Positions 37,703-46,781 of a DNA stretch of 55,913 nucleotides are shown in pieces. Each line of letters opens with the position of its first letter. The first letter of the stretch is position 1. The translations under genes and the position numbers were made by a program. Under the pieces are notes generated by a model. It did no database searches, had not been told where the DNA came from, and saw nothing but the letters and a program-made list of their open reading frames with translations. The stretch lies in contig JAGWBT010000004.1 in assembly GCA_021295755.1 (NCBI GenBank), positions 1-55,913 on the forward strand, read 5' to 3'. Source of the DNA: Candidatus Poribacteria bacterium (GTDB taxonomy: Bacteria > Poribacteria > WGA-4E > PCPOR2b).

Positions 37703-38260
37703 TTATTTCTCGCTTTCTGTTGTCGGCTCGTAGTCCTTGAGTGTAACTTTATTCATCCTATCACCTTGTCGAAGTTCATCAACGACGTCTAGCCCTTCGA
37801 TGACGCGCCCAAAGGCGGTGTATTCGCCTTCGAGGTGCTGATATCCGTTGGAGTCTGGATTCAAGCAGATATAGAATTGACTGCCCGCAGAATTCGGCTG
37901 TTGCGTTCGTGCCATTGCGACAGTCCCTTTTTCGTGCTTGGGCATTTTCGACCGAAGTTGAGGGTCTTGGAATTCGCCGTAGATCATCCACCCGGGTCCT
38001 CCGGTGCCGTCACCCGTTGGGTCGCCTCCTTGGATTACAAATTCAGGCACATACCGATGGAAGGAGAGCCCGTCGTAGAACCCCTGTTGGATGAGGGTTG
38101 CGAAATTATCAACTGTTTTCGGCGCGGCATCGGGGTAGAGTTCGATAACGATCCGTCCTTTGTTCGTCTCCAAGATTGCATTGGGTTTGGTTTTGTCACA
38201 CCCGTTGCAGGTGGTGAGGATGATGGTCCACAACCATAACACAGATTTTGTAGTTGGCAT
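37703..38260 (-). CDS. Cyclophilin-type peptidyl-prolyl isomerase, probably exported
   Basis: APKTVDNF, FYDGLSFHR.VP.FVIQGGDP.GDG.GGPG, VAMAR...P.SAGSQFYI; likely start 38260. Confidence 0.9.
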   Translation of the reverse strand: MPTTKSVLWLWTIILTTCNGCDKTKPNAILETNKGRIVIELYPDAAPKTVDNFATLIQQGFYDGLSFHRYVPEFVIQGGDPTGDGTGGPGWMIYGEFQDPQLRSKMPKHEKGTVAMARTQQPNSAGSQFYICLNPDSNGYQHLEGEYTAFGRVIEGLDVVDELRQGDRMNKVTLKDYEPTTESEK

Positions 38261-38424
38261 TAGTGTCAAGAAAGACTCTATACTTTTGAGTCTTATTTTT
38301 TCTCCTATGTGTAGAAACCGAGTTTTTGGCAAAAGCTCGGTTTCTGGTTCTGTTTAACGAGTAAATCACCTAACCTTCTGACCGATGTTGATAATACATC
38401 AAACACCCAATATGGAAGACTTTG

Positions 38425-38688
38425 TTATTGGGGTGTGACAGTCCCGGCCGACACTAGGGAAGGTGCAGACGCTTGCCTTTTCCGTGGAGGTGCTTTTGGG
38501 ATGGGGTCGTTATGTTTTCGGTAACTCTCTTTGACTCCTTGCCAAGCAACTGTGAGTTCTTTCAGTGCCCCTTCCGGTGTGTCTGCGAATGCGGATATAT
38601 TGGGCATCTCGACAAAATGGGCTAGATAATCGCCGTCTTCATCAAGAAATATGTTTACGGTGAATCCGTTGAATATGTCGTTATTCAT
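38425..38688 (-). CDS. hicB: HicB-family antitoxin (no clear C-terminal DNA-binding domain)
   Basis: DEDGDYLAHFVEMPNISAFADTPE.AL.EL...W......Y....DPIP; start overlaps the hicA stop. Confidence 0.8.
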   Translation of the reverse strand: MNNDIFNGFTVNIFLDEDGDYLAHFVEMPNISAFADTPEGALKELTVAWQGVKESYRKHNDPIPKAPPRKRQASAPSLVSAGTVTPQ

Positions 38689-38924
38689 TGTGATCTCCTT
38701 GAGCATGTTGTCTGAGAAATTCTCTTACCTGATACCCCTTTGCTTGTGACCGCTTGGGTTGGATTGGTAGCCGATAGCCTCGCGGTGAATACGAGATGCG
38801 ATGGCTACCGGTCTGATGGTCGAAAACCCAAGCCACATTGAGTAAGCAGGATTTCAAATTCACGAAAGCGTAGGCTATTGGGGTTATTTCGCGCTTTTGC
38901 TAATAGTCTCTCTCTTCGCTTCAT
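38681..38924 (-). pseudogene. hicA: HicA-family toxin with +1 frameshift
   Basis: MKRRERLLAKARNNPNSLRFREFEILLTQCG, one extra T at about 38830, then WVFDHQTGSHRI...YRLPIQP....AK.YQV. Confidence 0.8.
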
Positions 38925-39004
38925 GTCAATGCTTCCGCTTGCCTAGCACGGATGATCCTTCTACAGTAACGATGAGCACCCCTCAGTTACTTTTGTCATC
39001 TGTA

Positions 39005-40192
39005 TTAGAGAGTCTCAGCTAGCGATTTCTCGACGATCGAAACCGCTTCGTCAACGTGGGCAGCGGTGATATTGAGCGGTGGCAAGAAGCGAAGGACATA
39101 ATCATTTGTGCAAATCGTGATTAAGCCATTTTCGATACACTTCGCGGCGACTGCGTTGGCATCAACAGACAGCACCAACCCACGCAGCAAGCCTTTGCCG
39201 CGTACCTCTTTGATCGGGTATTGGTCTTTAAATGCCATCAGTTTGTTTTCCAAATAGTCACCCATTTTGACCGCATTTTCGCCTAGGTTTTCATTGAGGA
39301 TGGTTTGGACTGTTGCACATGCTGCGGCGGTCACTAGCGGATTTCCTCCAAACGTCGCCGCGTGGGTGCCGGGGACAAAACTTGCTGCGATATGCCCTTT
39401 AGCGAGCATCGCACCGATTGGCGCCCCTCCACCGAGGGACTTTGCCATTGTGATGATGTCCGGGATAATGCCGTAACTTTGATACCCAAATAGTGGACCT
39501 AGCCGTCCCATCGCCGTTTGTACTTCATCAAGGATGAGGACCAGATTATGTGTGTCACAGAGTTCGCGCAGCCCTTCCATGTAACCGCTGCCCGGTGTGT
39601 TGACTCCGCCTTCGGACTGGATCGCTTCCACAAGGATGCCGCAGGTCTTGTCACTGATTGCGGCTTCCACAGCGGAGAGGTCATCGTACGGGACGTAGGT
39701 GAACCCCGGAACCATCGGCTCAAAACCCTTGTGATATTTGGGTTGAGCGGTTGCGGTTATCGTTGCCATTGTACGCCCATGGAATGAGTTGTCCATCGTG
39801 ATGATCTCGTACGCGTCTCTGCCTTGGTCTCTGGTAAACTTCCGTGCAAGTTTAATCCCGGCTTCGTTGGCTTCGGCACCGCTGTTGCAGAAGAAGCATT
39901 GATCCATATCAGAGTTATCAATAAGCATTTTCGCGAGCCGGGCTTGTGGTTCGATGTAGTAGAGATTGGAGATGTGCAGGAGTTTCCCTGCTTGCTCACG
40001 GATGGCTGCGACCACGTTAGGATGGCAATGTCCCAATCCGTTGACGGCTAGACCACCTAGGAAATCGAGGTATTTCTTGCCCTCTGCATCCCAAAGATAA
40101 GCCCCTTCTCCACGGACAAACGCCAGCGAGCGTTCACCGTATGTGTTCATAATATACTCTGTAGCCATTGCTTTAATTTCCGCTGTTGTCAT
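39005..40192 (-). CDS. argD: Acetylornithine aminotransferase
   Basis: GKKYLDF.GG.AVN.LGH.HP, FCNSGAEANEA, SFHGRT, EAIQSEGGV, DEVQT.MGR.G, MAKSLGGG.PIGA, HAATFGGNP. Confidence 0.9.
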   Translation of the reverse strand: MTTAEIKAMATEYIMNTYGERSLAFVRGEGAYLWDAEGKKYLDFLGGLAVNGLGHCHPNVVAAIREQAGKLLHISNLYYIEPQARLAKMLIDNSDMDQCFFCNSGAEANEAGIKLARKFTRDQGRDAYEIITMDNSFHGRTMATITATAQPKYHKGFEPMVPGFTYVPYDDLSAVEAAISDKTCGILVEAIQSEGGVNTPGSGYMEGLRELCDTHNLVLILDEVQTAMGRLGPLFGYQSYGIIPDIITMAKSLGGGAPIGAMLAKGHIAASFVPGTHAATFGGNPLVTAAACATVQTILNENLGENAVKMGDYLENKLMAFKDQYPIKEVRGKGLLRGLVLSVDANAVAAKCIENGLITICTNDYVLRFLPPLNITAAHVDEAVSIVEKSLAETL

Positions 40193-40221
40193 TTCCTGTC
40201 CTCCTTTTGGGGCTAATGTAT

Positions 40222-40249
40222 GCGGGGAACAACGATGGTTGTGCCCTAC
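40222..40249. repeat. Degenerate copy of the 28-bp REP palindrome in the argD leader
   Basis: gcggggaacaacgatggttgtgccctac, 24/28 identical to 33391-33418. Confidence 0.7.
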
Positions 40250-40419
40250 TTACCTAAGAAGCCCTGATTGCCTTGCGGCGATCTGTTAAATAGTGTAAAG
40301 ATCCAATAGTGGAGCGCATACCCATCAAACCTTACATATTCTTTTTATATTTGAGCGTGAAAACTCTGTATGGAAGTAGGTTTGGTGACTGGATATATGA
40401 ACTTGACACATTATCAAAT

Positions 40420-40448
40420 ATTATAAGGGAAACGTGGTTGATATTCAA
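40420..40448 (-). promoter_or_regulatory. Sigma70-like promoter upstream of argD
   Basis: Minus strand TTGAAT-N17-TATAAT. Confidence 0.6.
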
Positions 40449-40497
40449 GATCAAAGTCGTCAAGAATAGGAAATTTCCGAGTATTCCTTCAAGCAAG

Positions 40498-40716
40498 TTA
40501 GGATGCGTGGTATTTCTGACGGGTTGTTTCCTTCTGGGGGTGGTAGCCGGGACAGGTTAGCACGGGTAGACGTGGATATCTCTGAAAGTCAGGGTTGGAG
40601 TTTGAAAGGAGGCACAGATAGAAACGACTATAATTGGCGTTTTCGATTATTTTGACGTGCTGACAGGTCTGACACAGGCCAACTTCCAGATGACTTTTGG
40701 TTTTCATGGAATTCAA
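40498..40716 (-). CDS. Small Cys4 protein of unknown function
   Basis: GLCQTCQH...Y.C......F.RYPRLPVL.C.GY; starts 8 bp after the TGT-like stop. Confidence 0.7.
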   Translation of the reverse strand: MNSMKTKSHLEVGLCQTCQHVKIIENANYSRFYLCLLSNSNPDFQRYPRLPVLTCPGYHPQKETTRQKYHAS

Positions 40717-40724
40717 CTAAAATC

Positions 40725-42560
40725 CTATTTCGATTTTTTAGCCAATACACTGGATAATATTTTTATGAGTTCGTCGAGATGGATGTGTCGGAAAAACTCG
40801 GAAAGTCTTTTCTGCTTGGGCTTAGTTGGTAGCAAGATGAAATCCGGGTGATGCTTGCCGACCAGCTCTAAGACCTTGCGGTAGGCACGGCTTGTAGCAT
40901 AACCCACGATCAGTTCATAGTGTGCTTTATGCCGATCGAGATAGGCGTTGAACCTATCTGCGCTGAGTTGAATTTGGGCAGCGTTCCGAGGCAACAACTG
41001 AAAGTCGTAGCGGACTACTGCCTCCCGCGATTCAAATTCTTCGGGGACGGGTCCATAAAGTCCCGATAGAGTGATTTTATGGATGAACTGCTGATCCCCG
41101 CCAAATGCGGTGCGGAGTGTGGTGTTTACAATGGAATGGGTGCGTGACAGGGAATACGGCTTCTGGCCAGCACAAGGGATTGTCAAAAGAATCCGTTTTT
41201 CTGGAGGAGGCTGATAATCTGGGGGTATTGAAAACGAGTCGGGAGTATAGTTCAACGAGAGCGATGGTTGCGTCCGTTGAGTCGTCAAACGTTTAGGTGT
41301 GGAGACCACGGTCTTTGACATCTTCGTTGCAAAATCATTGTCGTTTTCGATTAACCAGTTAACTGCGTCCCGAACACCGCGTGCCTTTGAGGCGTGATCG
41401 ACTACTGCTGCGAGCGAATTGTCGGCTTTAATTCCCTTCACCATGTGTTTGAGAGTTTTGACCTCCATCTCAAAATTGTGCAACGCAATTTTGGCGTAGT
41501 AGTAGCTTTTGTATTTTCCCGTTGAGGTGAGTCGATAGCTTTTTGCTTCCATGAATGCTTGTTGCATCTCTTCGAGCGAAGACTCCCGACAGACACGACA
41601 GGTGCACTCCATCGTATCCAACTCCAGGATCTTTAGTTTTTTCCCTGTCTCCGGATGTGAATAGCTTAAGCTACGCGCAGCTTGAATGTAACTCGTGCTG
41701 TCAAAACTATCGACCCCCAAGTAAGCGAGTATTGGGGTTAGATTGCCAGAAACGCCGAAGGCGTGGATCGGTGTCCGGTCCCGTGCTGATTCCGGGATGG
41801 CGTCGAGTACACCACATATCCGGGATAGCACCTCTGAATCGTTGTCGCCCCGCAATGGTACGAGCGAGCCGACTGCAAGTCCGAAGGAGGGGAGCGCTCC
41901 CACCAGCCGCTCAAAAACATGCGTGACGTAGATTTGAATATCTTCTCTGGATTGTCCGTGACAACAGATGTACAGGTAGGGCGGGTTGTCCATAGCTGCG
42001 AGTTTCTCTGCAACTCGGAACGCATTCTGAAGGCTCCGATCCATACGGATTTCGGCTTCGGCGCGGACGAGACCGGGCGGTAGTGGATAATCGAGGGAAG
42101 CGATGATATCACCACCCAGATCGAGTTGGAAGTCTAGAATATTATCCGCCTCGGTCTCCTTATGGATACCGAATTCTGAGAGGGAAAGCCCGGCGTTGTA
42201 GAGCAGTTTGAAGCCGCCCGAATCCAGAAACATGGGGGCATCATAGGGGCCGTTGGGCTCTCGGTAGCGTTCGCGCATCGGTTTTTCTCGCCAGTAGCCG
42301 ATGTGCTTGCCTCTGAGGTTAAAATCGAGGAAATGTAATACCTGCGAGAGGATTGGCACGTCGTATTTCATAACGTCTTTCAGCAGGTATTTCCATATCC
42401 CACCCCCATTTGTGCTCGTGCTCGTCATGAATGAGAGGACGGGAAATAAAATTGGTGTTGATAGCGGTGGGAGTGCGATCCCGTTGCGCTGTAAGTGGAG
42501 TTCTCCGATCCTGCCAGCTTGCCGCTGGACTGTCGTTTGATAATCTGACGTGTCACTCAT
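40725..42560 (-). CDS. Archaeal-type tRNA-guanine transglycosylase-like protein fused to a DUF5591-like domain
   Basis: AGRIG.L...TP.LFPV, FLDSGGF, LDYP, AVGSLVP, IHAFG, GVDSFDSTSY, Zn site CTCRVC...HN; C-terminal IPCAGQKPYSLSRTH...LSGLYGPVP.EFE...YDF. Confidence 0.8.
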   Translation of the reverse strand: MSDTSDYQTTVQRQAGRIGELHLQRNGIALPPLSTPILFPVLSFMTSTSTNGGGIWKYLLKDVMKYDVPILSQVLHFLDFNLRGKHIGYWREKPMRERYREPNGPYDAPMFLDSGGFKLLYNAGLSLSEFGIHKETEADNILDFQLDLGGDIIASLDYPLPPGLVRAEAEIRMDRSLQNAFRVAEKLAAMDNPPYLYICCHGQSREDIQIYVTHVFERLVGALPSFGLAVGSLVPLRGDNDSEVLSRICGVLDAIPESARDRTPIHAFGVSGNLTPILAYLGVDSFDSTSYIQAARSLSYSHPETGKKLKILELDTMECTCRVCRESSLEEMQQAFMEAKSYRLTSTGKYKSYYYAKIALHNFEMEVKTLKHMVKGIKADNSLAAVVDHASKARGVRDAVNWLIENDNDFATKMSKTVVSTPKRLTTQRTQPSLSLNYTPDSFSIPPDYQPPPEKRILLTIPCAGQKPYSLSRTHSIVNTTLRTAFGGDQQFIHKITLSGLYGPVPEEFESREAVVRYDFQLLPRNAAQIQLSADRFNAYLDRHKAHYELIVGYATSRAYRKVLELVGKHHPDFILLPTKPKQKRLSEFFRHIHLDELIKILSSVLAKKSK

Positions 42561-42920
42561 TTTAATTCGCCTCTAAGCGGGCCGCTCCCCACTCTTTTCC
42601 TTCTAGCGCGGGCAACTCGACTTCAACGGTTTTGGGTTCAATGTTTGCGTTCGATGCGTCTCTAGCTTAGGAGATGTGCGTGTAGAAAAAGGCAGCGAGC
42701 ATTATGGATATTAGTTTATGCCAATGTGCAAAGCTTTGTCAAACTTTTTACTCGCCATTAAAATTTGATTGTAATGCAGGATTTGGCGTTGAAAAATAGG
42801 TGTTGATGTGAGATAATGGACATGCCTATGTTGTAATTAGGTAGAAGGCTGGAACGGCGTTTTATGCCTTTTTCGTGTGTTGGAGGTTGGAGAATGACAA
42901 TACGAAACATGCAAAGAAAT

Positions 42921-44816
42921 ATGGTATCGATCAAGGCGGCAGAGATCTCCACGCCGCCGGCGTGGGCATTGATAGAGCATCAACTTATCCGCCTCATGGA
43001 GAAGGCGGTGGATTTGGCGGCGCAGAAGTATGGTCGTCTTGATGGAACCCCTTATAATGTGAACGATGTTGATGATACATACGAAGCGCATTCATACAAA
43101 GGACTCCTTTACGCTATCGGTGCGGATGAGAGGGTGCTGGAGATCGGTCTCCAAGAATGGAATGCGATTACCCGGCTTTATGATGACGGGATTGTGCGTC
43201 GGGAGGATGAGCCGCAACATCCAGAGTTTCGGGTGCAACTCCACAATGAGTACTACAACCTGAACGGTCCCGCCGACTGGTTTCACATGGGCGAAGGCAA
43301 TCAGTCCTTTTACTGCTTCGGTTTGGCGGATCCAACCCATCCGGAGAACATCCGACGCGCCAAACGGTTCGCAGCGATGTATATGGCTGAGGATCCTGAA
43401 GCCCCCAACTATGACCCTGAGTATAAGATTATTCGCTCTCCATTCCATGGCAGCGTCGGTCCCCGTTTTCATGCAGACCTTGCGCTGGCGAAGGTGCTGC
43501 TGGATCCGGTTTACTATCCGGGTGGCGTTGCACACGGGCACGCTCAACGGTCAAACCTCTATCCGGTGGTTGAGGATTTAGAGGAGAACTGGTTTGAGAA
43601 CCCGGGGCGGGCGGAAGAAATTCTAAAGATTTTCGATGACGTCGTTCTTAACGGCGATATTCCAGATAATTTAGCGGCTACGGCGCTGATGACGAATGCC
43701 TATCTTTACACCAGCGAAGAGAAGTATAAGCGGTGGGTCCTCGAATACACGGAAGCGTGGATGGACCGCACACGGGCTAACAACGGGATTATTCCGGACA
43801 ACGTCGGACCTACAGGAAAGGTAGGCGAGCAACGCAACGGTCAATGGTGGGGTGGATTTTACGGGTGGAACAGTCGTAATTCTGCCCGTAATGCGTTTTT
43901 AGCCGCGACCATCGCCGCTGAATGTGCCCTGTTGCTCACCGGCGATTTTGGCTATCTGGAATTCATCCGCTCGCAGATTGAATTTTTATTGAGTCTTGCT
44001 AAGACGCGGGAAGATGGTCAGTTGCTTGTGCCAACGCGAATCACGCAAAACGGTTGGGAGGGATATCAGCCGAGAGGAATTCAGTGGTTGGCACGTGTAT
44101 ATCATGCGTCGATGGGGGCAAGGGATTACGAGCTAATAGCGAGACTGCGTGCCGGTGAAAGGGAGAATGACTGGAATGAAGTCGAGGTTGCGGGTGACCG
44201 GAGCAGTGGGAATCTGGAGGCACGTTTTAACTACTACGACGGCGTAAACCCCGATTGGCCCGAAAAGCGGTTACAGGCGGAGTATCAATACGTCTTGGCG
44301 ATGTACGAGTTTATGCGTTGTGACTCCCGTGATACCGCGCAGATTATCGCCGAGAACCGGTGGCCCCCGAACCCTGTCGTTACCAAGGGAATCACACAGG
44401 TGACGATGGGCTCACCACAGCCTATCTACAATGGCGGACTGTTGCGTGCGACGGTACGTTATTTCGACATGGACCGTGCACGTCCGGGGCTTCCGAAGGA
44501 TGTGGCGGCTCTAGTTGATAAATTGGAGTCTGACAGGGTGGGCATCCAGCTTGTGAATCTCAACCGAACTGAAACTCGGAATGTGATTGTACAGGCGGGT
44601 GCTTTTGGGGAACACCAATTTACTCAAGTGAAATTTCAGACAATTGACCAAGAAAAAGCATTGGAGAATACCATTCCTGTTGATAGCAAGTATTTTGTAG
44701 TCCAACTACCTCCCTCCACAAATATTCGACTGGAGGGAGCGATGCGACGTTTTGTGAATCAACCGAGCTATGCCTTTCCGTGGCATGGCGACAGGGTGCC
44801 GATGCCGTTTCGATAG
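42921..44816 (+). CDS. Conserved hypothetical protein (about 630 aa), probably a carbohydrate-active helical-barrel enzyme
   Basis: Long clean ORF, likely start 42921; rich in W/Y/D/E/H motifs (DDTYE, DWFHMGEG, QWWGG.YGW, NPVVT.G..Q.T.G); no family recognised with certainty. Confidence 0.6.
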   Translation: MVSIKAAEISTPPAWALIEHQLIRLMEKAVDLAAQKYGRLDGTPYNVNDVDDTYEAHSYKGLLYAIGADERVLEIGLQEWNAITRLYDDGIVRREDEPQHPEFRVQLHNEYYNLNGPADWFHMGEGNQSFYCFGLADPTHPENIRRAKRFAAMYMAEDPEAPNYDPEYKIIRSPFHGSVGPRFHADLALAKVLLDPVYYPGGVAHGHAQRSNLYPVVEDLEENWFENPGRAEEILKIFDDVVLNGDIPDNLAATALMTNAYLYTSEEKYKRWVLEYTEAWMDRTRANNGIIPDNVGPTGKVGEQRNGQWWGGFYGWNSRNSARNAFLAATIAAECALLLTGDFGYLEFIRSQIEFLLSLAKTREDGQLLVPTRITQNGWEGYQPRGIQWLARVYHASMGARDYELIARLRAGERENDWNEVEVAGDRSSGNLEARFNYYDGVNPDWPEKRLQAEYQYVLAMYEFMRCDSRDTAQIIAENRWPPNPVVTKGITQVTMGSPQPIYNGGLLRATVRYFDMDRARPGLPKDVAALVDKLESDRVGIQLVNLNRTETRNVIVQAGAFGEHQFTQVKFQTIDQEKALENTIPVDSKYFVVQLPPSTNIRLEGAMRRFVNQPSYAFPWHGDRVPMPFR

Positions 44817-44860
44817 GGTGCTCAAATAGCATTGTTCAAACAACTCGAAAAGGAGATTAT

Positions 44861-45889
44861 ATGGAAAGGCAAACTGCTATAAGTATTGCTGACGATGCGT
44901 TTTACATCAATGGAAAAATAACCTATCCCGGTCGATTCTATAACGGACATAAGATTGAGGGATTACTCCTCAATTCGCGGATGGTGCAGGGAGTTTTCGA
45001 TGATCGCAATCCGGAGACTGTCGCCATGTGGGCATATCCTGACACCGGCGAGTGGGATGCGGAAAGGAACACGCGAGAGTTCTTAGAGGCAATGCCTGAA
45101 TGGAGATCCTACGGTTTATTGGCATTTACGATCAACCTTCAAGGTGGAAGCCCGGAGGGATACTCGAAGGGGCAGCCGTGGCATAATACAGGGATTGAGG
45201 CAGATGGTAGCTTAAACCCCGATTATATCGATCGGTTGACTCGTATTATCGATCGTGCCGATGCACTTGGAATGGTTGTGATTCTGGGTTATTTCTATTT
45301 TGGTCAAGATGAGCGTGTTAGCGACGAGGCGGCGGTTGTTCGTGCTGTAGATAATGTTACGCACTGGATCTTTGATCAGGGATATACGAATGTCCTCGTT
45401 GAGGTCAACAATGAATGCAATGTACAGCGATATCTCCACGACATTTTGAAACCGGACCGGGTTCATGAGTTGATTGAACGGGTTAAGGGCATAACCCGTG
45501 ATGGACGACGGCTGCTTGTCGGGACAAGCTACGGCGGCGGAAAGGTCTCAGAGGAGAACGTCGTGCGAACATCAGACTTTTTGTTGATGCACGGCAACGG
45601 TGTCCGCGATCCCAACCGGATCGCCGAGATGGTTCAGCAAGCACGGCAGGTGTCCGGCTACCGAACGATGCCGATTCTGTTCAATGAGGACGATCACTTC
45701 GATTTTGATAAGCCGCTTAATAACTTCGTTGCAGCAATCAGTGAGTATGCGTCGTGGGGATATTTCGATCCGGGCGAGAATAACTACTCCGACGGTTACC
45801 AAAGTGTACCGGTGCAGTGGGGACTCAATACAGAACGTAAGAAAGCTTTCTTTGAGAAGGTTCGAGAAATCGCTGGAGATAGCGCATAA
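44861..45889 (+). CDS. Glycoside hydrolase-like TIM barrel (clan GH-A-like)
   Basis: Start 44861 after AGGAG; candidate acid/base VNNEC and nucleophile ILFNED; SWGYFD. Confidence 0.6.
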   Translation: MERQTAISIADDAFYINGKITYPGRFYNGHKIEGLLLNSRMVQGVFDDRNPETVAMWAYPDTGEWDAERNTREFLEAMPEWRSYGLLAFTINLQGGSPEGYSKGQPWHNTGIEADGSLNPDYIDRLTRIIDRADALGMVVILGYFYFGQDERVSDEAAVVRAVDNVTHWIFDQGYTNVLVEVNNECNVQRYLHDILKPDRVHELIERVKGITRDGRRLLVGTSYGGGKVSEENVVRTSDFLLMHGNGVRDPNRIAEMVQQARQVSGYRTMPILFNEDDHFDFDKPLNNFVAAISEYASWGYFDPGENNYSDGYQSVPVQWGLNTERKKAFFEKVREIAGDSA

Positions 45890-45939
45890 ATGGTAGTTGA
45901 TCTATTCTTGAACCGACCTTAAAAGGACAGGAGAACAGT

Positions 45940-46707
45940 ATGAGATTTGGCGTTTGCGCTCCGCTCGAAAAGATTGATAGGCTCGCAGCGGTTGGCTATG
46001 ATTACATTGAATTAGGAGTGAGAAATGCGCTCATTCCAGAAGCGAGCGATGCGGAGTTTCAAAAGATTCAGGAACGCGTGGCACAGTCAACTTTGAAGCC
46101 GGAGGCGTATTCAGGTTTTATTCCAGGTGATTTGCGCGTCGTCGGGGACGTGGTTGATTTCCCACGGCTGTCGCGCTATGTCGAAACCGCGTGTCGTCGA
46201 GCGAAGGAGATTGGTGGGGAGATTATCGTTTATGGAAGCAGTGGCTCTCGCAATCTTGAGGACGGTTATTCAGAAGAGAGCGCGTTAGATCAGATTGCGG
46301 AGTTTCTGGACATGGCTGCAGATCACGCAGAAGCGAATGATATTACGATCGTAATTGAGCCAATCTGTCATAGGGAGGGAAATATCCTCCGCACTGTTGC
46401 TGATGGGTTGGAGATGGCGCAACGGGTTAATCGAGAGGGGATTCAGTTGCTAGCAGACCTATACCATGTCTGGCAAGAGGATGAGCCGATGCAAAATATC
46501 ATTGATGCGGCAGAGTGGTTGGCGCACGTCCATATCGCCGAGCCGGCGAAACGATCGTATCCGGGCAACGATGACTTCGATTTCGAGGAGTTCTTTACCG
46601 CCCTTGAGGGTGCTGGCTACGATGGGCGTGTCTCATGCGAATGCAGTTTTGATGATTTTGATGTTGATGTGGAAACTGCGCTCCGAACGATGAAAGCGTA
46701 TGTCTAG
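45940..46707 (+). CDS. Ketose 3-epimerase-like sugar isomerase/epimerase
   Basis: GYDYIEL, IVIEP, LADLYH, HVHIAE...R.YPG, GYDG.VS.E. Confidence 0.85.
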   Translation: MRFGVCAPLEKIDRLAAVGYDYIELGVRNALIPEASDAEFQKIQERVAQSTLKPEAYSGFIPGDLRVVGDVVDFPRLSRYVETACRRAKEIGGEIIVYGSSGSRNLEDGYSEESALDQIAEFLDMAADHAEANDITIVIEPICHREGNILRTVADGLEMAQRVNREGIQLLADLYHVWQEDEPMQNIIDAAEWLAHVHIAEPAKRSYPGNDDFDFEEFFTALEGAGYDGRVSCECSFDDFDVDVETALRTMKAYV

Positions 46708-46781
46708 ATTATTTTTCTTTGTTAGGTATAGATATTTTCTTGGTGATGCTATCGCGAAGTTTCAACCTGTAGTCTTCAACC

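Noticed and set aside
40323-40387. Imperfect inverted repeat catcaaaccttac / gtaggtttggtg as another MITE
   Set aside because: Short, gapped, with no target duplication or second clear copy in the window.
40436-40453. ARG box over the argD -35 region
   Set aside because: Only a partial dyad (ttgatattcaa); spacing does not fit the ArgR consensus.
40725-42560. Calling the TGT-like gene dpdA or tgt
   Set aside because: There are no dpdB-K or que genes nearby and the motifs differ from bacterial queuine TGT, so the symbol was left blank pending phylogeny.
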